Notes: generated from the letters alone by a model not told the origin. A stretch of DNA of 39,582 bases from Octopus sinensis (GCF_006345805.1 NW_021835769.1:1-39582), one strand, 5' to 3'; shown: positions 28,751-37,472, numbered from the stretch's first letter. A program made the numbers and translations.

Positions 28751-31562
28751 GTTAAAAGACAAGATGTTAAATGACGTTAAATGACGTTATGAACATGAAA
28801 TGAACAGACGTTAAATGACGTTAGATGATATGACGTTAAATGACGTTAAGTGATGATAAATGACATGATGTTAAATGACGTTGAATGACATGACGTGAAA
28901 TTACGTTAAATGACATGACGTTAAATAACGTTAAATGACGTGAAATGATGTTAAATGACATGACGTGAAGTGACATTAAATGACGTGAAATGACATGACG
29001 TTAAATGACGTTAAAAGACAAGATGTTAAATGACGTTAAATGACATGACGTAAAATGACGTTAAATGACGTTATGAACATGACATGAAATGACGTTATGA
29101 ACATGACATGAAATGACGTTAAATGACGTTAGATGATATGACGTTAAATGACGTTAAGTGATGATAAATGACATGATGTTAAATGCCGTTGAATGACATG
29201 ACGTGAAATTACGTTAAATGACACGACGTTAAATAACGTTAAATGACGTGAAATGATGTTAAATGATATGACGTGAAATGACATTAAATGACGTTAAATG
29301 ACAGGACATTAAATGACGTTAAATGATGTTAAATGACATGACGTTAAATGACTAATTGACGTAAAATGACGTTAAATGATTTTAAAAGATGTTAAATGAC
29401 ATGTCGTTAAATGACGTTAAATGACATGTCGTAAAATGACGTTAAATGATGTTAAATGACATGATGTTAAATGACGTTAAATGACGATAAATGACCTTAA
29501 ATGACATCTCGTTAAATGACGTTAAATGACATGACGTTACATGACATGACGTTAAATAACGTTTAATGACGTTAAATGTCATGAAGTTAAATGACGTTAA
29601 ATGACATGACGTTAAATGTCGTTTAATGATATGACGTTAAATGACGTTAAATGATGTTAAATGACCTGACGTTAAATGACGTTAAATGATGTTAAATGAC
29701 ATGCCGTTAAATGACGTTAAATGATATGACGTTAAATTACGTTATGTGCCAAGAAATGACGTGACGTTAAATGATGTTAAATGACATGACGTTAAATGAT
29801 ATTGAATGACGTTAAATGACGTTAAATGACATGAATTTAAATGACGTTAAATGACATTATTATGACATGACATTAAATGTCATTAAATGACGATAAATGT
29901 CATGACGTTAAATGACGTTAAATGTCATGACGTTAAATTACGTTCTGTGACGTTAAATGTCATGACGTTAAATGATTTTAAAAGATGTTAAATGGCATGT
30001 CGTTAAATGACGTTAAATGACGTTAAATGACGTTAAATGATGTTAAATGACATGATGTTAAATGACATGATGTTAAATGACGTTAAATGACGATAAATGA
30101 CCTTAAATGACATCTCGTTAAATGACGTTAAATGACATGACGTTAAATAACGTTTAATGACGTTAAATGACTTCAATGACATGACGTTAAATGTCGTTTA
30201 ATGATATGACGTTAAATGACGTTAAATGATGTTAAATTATCTGACGTTAAATGACGTTAAATGCCGTTAAATGACATGCCGTTAAATGACGTTAAATGAC
30301 ATGACGTTTAATTACGTTATGTGACAAGAAATGACGTGACGTTAAATGATGTTAAATGACATGATGTTAAATGATATTGAATGACGTTAAATGACGTTTA
30401 ATGACATGTCGTTAAATGACGTTAAATGACGTTAAATGACATGTCGTAAAATGACGTTAAATGATTTTAAATGACGTTAAATGACGATAAATGACCTTAA
30501 ATGACATCTCGTTAAATGACGTTAAATGACATGACGTTAAATAACGTTTAATGACGTTAAATGTCATGAACTTAAATGACGTTAAATGACATGACGTTAA
30601 ATGTCGTTTAATGATATGACGTTAAATGACGTTAAATGATGTTAAATGACCTGACGTTAAATGACGTTAAATGATGTTAAATGACATGACGTTAAATGAC
30701 GTTAAATCACATGATGTTAAATAACGTTAAATGACATGACGTTAAATGAGGTTAAATGACATGACGTTAAATGATATGATGTTAAATGACGTTAAATGAC
30801 GTAAAATGACATAACGTTAAATGACTTTAAATGACATGACTTTAAATGACATTAAATGACATGACGTTAAATGACGTTAAATGACATGACGTGAAATGAT
30901 GTTAAATGACGTTAAATGACGTAAAATGGCATGATGTTAAATGACATGACGTTAAATCACATGACGCTAAATGACGTTAAATGAGATGACGTTGAATGAC
31001 GTTAAATTACATGACGTTACATGAAGTTAAATGACATGACGTTAAATGACATTCAATGTCATGACGTTAAATGGTGTTAAATGACGTTAAATGACATGAC
31101 GTTAAATGACGTTAAATGACATGACGTTAAACGACGTTAAATGACATGACGTTAAATGATGTTAAATGACATGACGTTAAATGCGTTAAATGACGTTAAA
31201 TGACATGACGTTAAATGACGTTAAATGACATGACGTTAAATGCGTTAAATGGCGTTAATTGACATGACGTTAAATGACTTTAAATGATATGACGTTAAAT
31301 GACATGACGTTGGACGAGGGGGTTGTATTTGTTGTAGGTGGCAGGTGCATACATTCTGTGTCATTGTTGCAGATGATCGATGAGGCTTGTCAGTACTCTC
31401 TCCCATGGATTGTTTACAGGCTAACTCATGGCACAATCAGGTGCAGGACAGGGTACGTTGGTCATACTGACTCGCTTTTTGTCATAAATAAGTCTGACAA
31501 CTGTTTGCTTTCACCAATATTTTACGCAGTTTGAAGCAATGACCAAAGGGTCTTCAGTACAC

Positions 31563-31722
31563 CTGAAACATGAAGGGAAAGATGATGAATAATAAAATGA
31601 ATAATATATGGCTAATTGAATGTAATGTAATAAATTGTAATATATGTGTGTTTAGTTGTAATCCTGTAATCATCACAGAGGAGTTGCTAGGGTCTGCCTG
31701 TTTTATATTCATCTGTTATTAC
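31563..31722 (-). other. Candidate 160-nt GT-AG intron
   Basis: Donor CAG|GTAATA at 31723/31722 and acceptor catctttcccttcatgtttcAG|G at 31563, with an AT-rich interior. Motif evidence only. Confidence 0.35.
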
Positions 31723-31739
31723 CTGAATGATTATGATAC

Positions 31740-31916
31740 CAACAAAAGTCAAGTACAGAAGTTTATACTTGGTTGGGTACTTCTCCTGGGGTTTCTTACT
31801 AGAAATATATCATGACTGGTGCTTCTTCCTGATACAAAACCAAATTGCATCTCATCTAGATTAAGTCTTTTCCTAATTAGTTGGGCTATGATCCTCTCCG
31901 TGATTTTCATAATCTG
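31740..31916 (-). mobile_element. RTE-clade non-LTR retrotransposon reverse-transcriptase fragment (frameshifted)
   Basis: My translation is QIMKITERIIAQLIRKRLNLDEMQFGFVSGRSTSHDIFLVR / PQEKYPTKYKLLYLTFV. It matches the RTE RT segment MKxxERxI...QFGFxxGRSTxDAIFxxRQLQEK...LYxAFVD. Confidence 0.88.
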
Positions 31917-32565
31917 AAGAAATTAGTGCCAGTGCAAGCACTTTATTCTTAAAGCACACATCAAGCATACGTTAACATAATAGCATTGAGAAATATTACA
32001 ACAGATCGATGTCTACCAATATACATACATATGTGCAGAGTAGCCATGTACTTTCTCTACAGCAACACACCTCTGCCTGTCTCTCTATCATACTACAGGT
32101 TAGGATGAAGCCACCTCTCTCACTACTAGCAGTCCACTCATCCTTGAAATTTACTTTTTAATTTTACTAGTGTCTGTGTTACCAAAACTTTTCTCAGACA
32201 TAGAAACCATGTGAAAACAGACATTAGATGTAAGTGTAGTAATTCATCTCAGATAGTGTGAAATAGTCCAACCCATGACAACATGAAAAACGAATGTTAA
32301 ATGATGATGACACACATACACGTTAATTGTATTTCTTATATTAATTTCAATGATTGATATGTTTATATTATAAATAAAAACATCAATTTCATTTCATATG
32401 AAAATGATTAGTTTGATGACTTGTGGAAGCAACGTACTATGTAAATGTACGGACAACTGTATTTATTAAACAAGTGTATTTCATGATTCGACACAGATAA
32501 AACTTGACTTTCAAATGTTGGTTGATATTTTGCTTGTTGTTTGCATATCATGCCTTGTATTATAG

Positions 32566-32582
32566 ATCCCAAATGGCCAAAG
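32566..32582 (+). other. Candidate small exon containing ATG (ATCCCAA ATG GCC AAA G)
   Basis: Perfect donor AAG|GTAAGT at 32582/32583, a T-rich tract ending in TAG immediately upstream, and G/T-rich sequence downstream. No partner exon was found. Confidence 0.35.
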
Positions 32583-32950
32583 GTAAGTGGTTTTTCTTAT
32601 TTTGGTGTGGGTTTGCTGTTAGGATTGGTTTTCAGAGTTTAATCTATATTAGCGTCAGCTTGGGGATTTGTGAACGGTTTTTAGAGAGAATAGTCAATTA
32701 AGAGATCAAAGTTTGAACTAGGGGTTAGGATTTGGGGTGATGAGGAGGGTAGAGATTGAACAGGTTTATTTCGAGTGTTGATCACTGTCTTATATCGAGT
32801 TGAGCATTGAAAAGCAGGGATGAGGGCTAAGGTTAATGCCTTGTGTGATCATGCCTCATCCCTTACTACAATAGGCAAAATATAACCACGGAAAGCATCA
32901 TATAGTTCGTTCTTCTATTGTTAACCATTATTTACAGTACATCCTGACAA

Positions 32951-33107
32951 CCGATGCTGGTGTGTTTACGTTACCGTAACTTAGTGGTTCGGCAAAGGAG
33001 ACCGATAGAATAAATTGTAGGCTTACAAAGAATATGTCCTGGGGTCGATTTGCTCGATAAAAGGTGGTGCTCAAGCGTGGGCACAGTCAAAAGAATGAAA
33101 CAAGTCA
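32951..33107 (+). mobile_element. SINE-like repeat family A
   Basis: GATGCTGGTGTGTTTACG...GGTTCGGCAAA..GAGACCGATAGAATAA...GTCCTGGGGTCGATTTGCTCGA..AAAGG.GGTGCT; six related copies occur in the window. Confidence 0.85.
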
Positions 33108-33112
33108 TTATT

Positions 33113-33175
33113 ATAATATACAAGGGAAGTAACTCTAGAAGATATTTTCCAGTTATCTCCCTTAAATTTGTCAAC
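33113..33175. repeat. Dispersed copy of the CAAGGGAAGTAACTCTAG hairpin-arm module
   Basis: Reverse-complement match to 36795-36850. Confidence 0.8.
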
Positions 33176-33245
33176 AGAATATACACTATATTTCGTTTTG
33201 GGATTTGGTTTGCAAGATTCTTTATATGAGTTCGTGTGTTGAAGC

Positions 33246-33318
33246 ATATTCTGTTGTGTCTGGGAAGAGTTATTCTCTTTTAGTGCCTTATTATTTAACA
33301 GACTCACCGGTAAAAATT
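33246..33318. repeat. Left arm of a ~72-bp inverted repeat (partner 34577-34648)
   Basis: ATATTCTGTTGTGTCTGGGA..AGT.ATTCTCTTTTAGT.CCTTATTATTTAACA.ACTCACC.GTAAAAATT is found in both orientations with ~5 differences. Confidence 0.9.
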
Positions 33319-33419
33319 TCCACTTATTTCTTATTTTTATTTTCTAAAATTTTCATTGCGTCTTGCAACCTTTTCAATAGTCTTGACTCCGTTATTTACA
33401 CTGCGTTCCTTTTTTGTTT

Positions 33420-33955
33420 CTTTGTGCGCATGCATGTGGGTCAGTGTGTGTGTGCCTATACATGCATGTATGTATTATGTGTGTGTTTGCATGTGTATGT
33501 ATATATATATGTGTGTGTATGCATATGTATGTATGTGTGTGCATCTGTATGTACGTATCCTGCATATTTATGTGCTTGTATGTCCGTATTTGTGTATTTT
33601 CTATGTATGTGTGTGTGAGCATATGTTTGTATATGTATGCACCTCTGTCTCCTTGTGTGTGCATATGTGTGTGTGTTATGTAACTATGTACCATGTTTGT
33701 ATGTATGGATGTGCATCTTTATGTGTGGATCCGTGTCTCCATATGTGTCTGTTCTTGTAACCTATGTACCTATCCGTCTGTATGCTGATCTGTTTATTTA
33801 CATATCTAAATGCTTACATACATAAATTTCAAAAAAATAAATAAAAATAAAATATAAATAAATAAGTAAAAAACAAAAAATATAAAAAATAAGAAATATA
33901 AAAAATATTACAAAAACAAAAAGACAAACAAAAAATAATAATGATTAAAAAAAGG
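33420..33955. repeat. Degenerate (TG/TA) microsatellite followed by an A-rich tract
   Basis: Read directly; it accounts for the overlapping C/V/Y/M-rich ORFs. Confidence 0.9.
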
Positions 33956-34057
33956 CATACACACACACTCACACCCACATACATACATTTATCTACCTAA
34001 CAGTCCACTAACTATTCTACTCTACCTGTGTAAACTGTGGGTATGGAGGTATGGTAC

Positions 34058-34576
34058 TTATTGTGTATATTTCCTATTTAATATTGGGGAAGTTTCATTT
34101 ATAAGGACGTACTCCCGTATTTGTCTGAGTGTTGGGTCTTTTGGGTGCTTGGATAAGATGCGGATGTCAAGTTGACCCAAGTTACCTCCATGGTGGTCTT
34201 TGGCATGTTGGTAGAGTATAGAGGACTGTTTTCTGTTGTCAATTTGTCTTAGATGTTCATTTATCCGTTCCGCAATGCTCCTAGACATTTCCCCTATGTA
34301 CATCATGTTCATGTCCTTACAAGCATCTTCTATGCATCTTATACTGTAAACTACATTTCGAGTTCTACAGTTAATACCAGGGCTAATTCTACATACCATG
34401 CAGTTATCATTTGTACATATGGTATTCTTAAACGGGTATGTCCTTCATAATTGTGACTTGACGGAATTACCTGGCATTTCAACAATTTTAATGTTGAGTT
34501 TGGTCTCCTTCAGAGCTTTTCTAAATCTACGGGCTAGTTCTCCATGGGCTGTGGCCTCTACAAACATCACTCCTTG
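34058..34576 (-). mobile_element. Penelope-like element 3' fragment: Cys-rich linker plus GIY-YIG endonuclease, one in-frame TGA
   Basis: ORFs 34445-34723 and 34058-34399 are in the same frame: VMFVEATAHGELARRF...KIVEMPG...SQL*RTYPF...CTNDNCMVC...C..RNVVYSIRC...YIGEMSRSIAERINEH...HAKDHH. This is the VVY-YIG endonuclease with the CCHH pattern typical of PLEs. Confidence 0.88.
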
Positions 34577-34660
34577 AATTTTTACTGGTGAGTGTGTTAA
34601 ATAATAAGGTACTAAAAGAGAATGACTCTCCCCAGACACAACAGAATATACACTGTTTTC
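34577..34660. repeat. Right arm of the inverted repeat (partner 33246-33318)
   Basis: See left arm. 34637-34660 is also a direct match to 33172-33197. Confidence 0.9.
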
Positions 34661-34689
34661 GCTAATTACTCTTTCACTCACTTTTGCTA

Positions 34690-34840
34690 CTTTACTAATC
34701 TGACTGCGGCCATGTTGGAGCACCGCCTTCAGTCGAGCAAATAGAGCTCAGGACATATTCTTTATAGGCCTAGTACTTAATGTATCGGTTTCTTTTGCCG
34801 AACCGTTCAGTTAAGGGGGCGTGAAAACAGCAGCATCGTT
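34690..34840 (-). mobile_element. SINE-like repeat family A
   Basis: TGACTGCGGCCATG.TGGAGCACCGCCTT.AGTCGAGCAAAT...TTTTGCCGAACCG is the reverse complement of family A. Confidence 0.85.
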
Positions 34841-34886
34841 TGTCAAGTGATGTTCGATGGATAAAGAGGCATACAAACGTATATGG

Positions 34887-34895
34887 ATATATATA

Positions 34896-34934
<39 letters not shown>
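34887..34934. repeat. (AT)n microsatellite
   Basis: Read directly. Confidence 0.95.
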
Positions 34935-34937
<3 letters not shown>

Positions 34938-35076
34938 GTCCGGCCAGCCTACGCACAACACACACTCAGTGACACGAGACTGGACAGAGAGCAGAGCCAA
35001 AATTCTTAGAAAACCACAGGAGGTCCAGTAGGCCAACGGAATAATAATACTTCTTCTTCCCTATCAGATACAAATG

Positions 35077-35130
35077 CACACACACAGACACACACACATA
35101 CACACACACACACAGATACACATACACACA
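35077..35130. repeat. (CA)n microsatellite
   Basis: Read directly. Confidence 0.95.
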
Positions 35131-35411
35131 TGTTTTCTCTGTCTCACTTCCTCTTCACCCTTTTATACTGTCTTATTCCTCCCCACCACTACTACGAAAC
35201 TATAAAATTTTCAAATTACCCACAAGGAATTGATTTGATTTGAAAAGCCCACTCGATTGGGAGAAAGCGCTAATCCGAATGATATGATCTGAATGATATG
35301 ATATATATGTAAAAAATGTAATATATAAATAAATATCTATAAATATGAACCATCCGATCTGATTACCTCATTTTTTCTAATATATAATACCTGTACATCA
35401 TCTCCAAACCT

Positions 35412-35415
<4 letters not shown>

Positions 35416-35470
<55 letters not shown>

Positions 35471-35481
35471 ATATATATATA
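35416..35481. repeat. (AT)n microsatellite forming the tail of the adjacent SINE
   Basis: Read directly. Confidence 0.95.
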
Positions 35482-35483
35482 CA

Positions 35484-35637
35484 TACGACGGGCTTCTTTT
35501 AGTTCCGTCTACGAAATCTATTCACAAGGCTTTGGTCGCCCCGAGGCTATAGTTGAAGACATTTGCCCAAGTGGGACTGAACCCAGATCACTGCGGTTCG
35601 TAAGCAAGCTACTTATCACAAAGCCGCTCCTACGCCT
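35484..35637 (-). mobile_element. tRNA-derived SINE family B (CORE-like motif)
   Basis: The family consensus on the sense strand has an A-box-like TGGCTGTGTGG, a B-box-like GGTTCAGTCCC, a CCTTGGGCAAGT core-like motif and a tail ending CCCGTCGTA(TA)n. This copy carries a short internal deletion. Confidence 0.85.
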
Positions 35638-36009
35638 AGCAGTATATATATATATATAACGAAGCTGCAACAACTCAACTTCTATATTCATAAATATTCC
35701 ACACCAGAGATATCTCAGAATGAGACCAATTGTCGCCAGTTCAGGTACATAGATAAGGGAGTTACTGGGTGGTTAGCACACCCAATTTGAATCTCAGCAC
35801 CCTCTACCCCAGTATGAAAATTAGTTTTATCCACTTTAAAAATGATATCTTTTCTCCATCTGCAAACACACAAACACAGAAATGAAAACACCCAGTTACA
35901 CACTCACACACACACACCTAGAAATCAAAACACACATTTACACACGCCCTCAATCACAAACAAATACACACGCGCACGTACAAAAATTGAACTAGAAACA
36001 CTGTCACAC

Positions 36010-36226
36010 ATGCGCGCTCACACACAGACACAGAAATGAAAGCACACACGCACACCCACCCACATTGGCTGACTTGCACACACATACAATTTCTTCAGAA
36101 TGTTACGGTTTTTAAGGTCAACATATTTAAAGCATAAATACCTACAAGTGTGCATCTTTGCATGTATCTGTGTGTGTGTTCGGACGTATGTGCGTTTGTG
36201 CGTGTTTGAGCACAGTCCACACATAC
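36010..36226 (+). repeat. Dispersed repeat C, copy 1
   Basis: ATTGGCTGAC...CATACAATTTCTTCAGAATGT.ACGGTTTT.AAGGTCAACATATTTAAA...TGAGCACAGTCCACACATAC is shared with 39058-39260. Confidence 0.85.
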
Positions 36227-36291
36227 GTAACGTAACGGTTCGGCAAAATAGAAAAAGTTAGAATAAGTGCTAGGCTTCCAAAGAATAAGTC
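36226..36291 (+). mobile_element. SINE-like family A, partial
   Basis: CGGTTCGGCAAAA...AGAATAAGT.CTAGGCTT.CAAAGAATAAGTCCT. Confidence 0.75.
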
Positions 36292-36369
36292 CTATAAGTC
36301 GGGCATATATATAAATATATATATGCATATATACATATATACATAAATATATACATGAATACATACATG

Positions 36370-36469
36370 CACACACACAAACAAATAAAAACACATAGTC
36401 ACTCACACACACACACAAATGAAAACACCCACACATACAAATACGCAGGCACATAAATGAAAGCAGTCC

Positions 36470-36505
<36 letters not shown>

Positions 36506-36617
36506 GACTCTAATGAAAATACTCACACACACACACTCACACACGCACAAACAAACACACACACACGTAGAAATGAAAATACACAGTTCCACAATCAAAC
36601 ACTCACACACATCGAAC
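36370..36617 (+). repeat. GAAATGAAAA..(CA)n minisatellite; further units at 35860-36050 and inverted copies at 37473-37890
   Basis: TAGAAATGAAAATACACAGTT..CA...CAAACACTCACACAC matches the reverse complement of ~37473-37530. Confidence 0.85.
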
Positions 36618-36620
36618 ATA

Positions 36621-36765
36621 ACGTCACTCTAACTTAGCGGTTCTGCAAAAGAGACCGACAGAATAAGTACTAGGCATACAAAGAATAAGTCCTGGCGTTG
36701 ATTTGCTCGACTAAAGGCGGTGCTCTAGCATGGCCGCAGTGAAATAACTGAAAGAGTGTAATAGA
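36621..36765 (+). mobile_element. SINE-like family A
   Basis: TAACTTAGCGGTTC.GCAAAAGAGACCGA.AGAATAAGTACTAGGC...CGACTAAAGGCGGTGCTC.AGCATGGCCGCAGT. Confidence 0.88.
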
Positions 36766-36825
36766 GCGACAAAGTATATATTAAGAGAACTACATATTTA
36801 GGGGAGATAACGACAAAATATATCT

Positions 36826-37012
36826 AGAGTTACTTCCCTTGCATATAATTTAATAACAATAATAAATATGCAAGGGAACTAACTCAAGAATATAATTTGT
36901 AGTTATATCTTAATTATATAGTTAACTACAATATGCATTCTAGAGTTATTTCCCTTGCATATAATTATGTTAGTAATGTTATTCATTTATAATATGCAAG
37001 GGATGTAACTCT
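36826..37012. repeat. Two ~20-bp-stem hairpins flanking a small central palindrome
   Basis: GAGTTACTTCCCTTGCATAT/ATATGCAAGGGAACTAACTC; TTGTAGTTA/TAACTACAA at 36897-36931; TAGAGTTATTTCCCTTGCATAT/ATATGCAAGGGATGTAACTCTA. Confidence 0.9.
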
Positions 37013-37045
37013 ACAAGGTATTTTGTAGAATAATGAAGAGGTGAC

Positions 37046-37207
37046 ACTTGCGTCAGTTGACTGTGCCTCTGCTGGAGCACCGCCTTTTGTCGTGCAAATC
37101 CACACCAGGACTTATTCTTTCTAAGTCTAGTATTATTCCATTTGTCCTCTTTGCCGAACCGCTAATTTACGGGAGCGTAAACACACCAGCATCAGTTGTG
37201 GAGCGGT
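37046..37207 (-). mobile_element. SINE-like family A
   Basis: GCTGGAGCACCGCCTTT...CAGGACTTATTCTTT...TTTGCCGAACCGCTAA.TTACGGG.GCGTAAACACACCAGCATC. Confidence 0.88.
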
Positions 37208-37268
37208 TTTGGGGACACATAAACATACACACACAAACATACATATATATATATATATATTCATATAT

Positions 37269-37431
37269 TCGACGGGCTTCTTTCTATTTCCGTGTACCAA
37301 ACCCACTCAGAAACTTTGGTTTGTCCGAGGCTATATTAGAAGACACTTGCCCGCAGTGCAACGTAGTGGGACTGAACCAAAAGCCATGTGGTTGGGCAGC
37401 AAGCTACATACCACACAGCCACTCTTACGCC
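37269..37431 (-). mobile_element. tRNA-derived SINE family B, near full length
   Basis: CGACGGGCTTCTTTC...AGAAGACACTTGCCC...GTGGGACTGAACC...CCATGTGGTTGGG.AGCAAGCTAC.TACCACACAGCCACTC. Confidence 0.88.
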
Positions 37432-37472
37432 AATATATTTACATATACATATATACGACACTCTTCTTTCAG

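Larger units (their letters stand above)
917..31311. repeat. Pentamer-based satellite array (GTTAA/ATGAC; words TGACGTTAAA and TGACATGACGTTAAA), ~30.4 kb
   Basis: Continuous 5-bp register from gGACGTTAAAT at 917 to GACATGACGTT at 31311. The ORF track has no ORF inside it apart from two short ORFs overlapping its right edge. Confidence 0.99.

Noticed and set aside
917-31311. CRISPR array or coding tandem repeat (MTLND)n
   Set aside because: There are no unique spacers and the context is eukaryotic. Interspersed 10-mers shift the frame, so stops occur in all frames.
917-31311. Telomeric repeat or centromere call
   Set aside because: There is no G-rich telomere motif, and the array is flanked on both sides by non-satellite DNA. 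Centromere function cannot be inferred from 30 kb.
31305-31345. LDEGVVFVVGGR resembling the BEL/Pao LDxxGLLRVGGR motif
   Set aside because: Part of it derives from the satellite junction, and the downstream Pao motifs are absent.
31570-31815. + strand 81-aa ORF
   Set aside because: It overlaps the antisense of the RTE fragment and AT-rich sequence, with no protein-like features.
32275-32327. Satellite-like words (ATGAC, ATGTTAAATGATG, ACGTTAA) outside the array
   Set aside because: Too short and degenerate to distinguish from chance in AT-rich DNA.
33205-33825. Overlapping C/V/M/H-rich ORFs (similar ones at 35842-36619 and 37336-37958)
   Set aside because: They are (TG)/(CA) microsatellite translations.
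34445-34447. In-frame TGA in the PLE as selenocysteine, as reported for some Naiad PLEs
   Set aside because: The position is not a conserved Cys, the endonuclease is C-terminal here, and the element is truncated. Ordinary decay is simpler.
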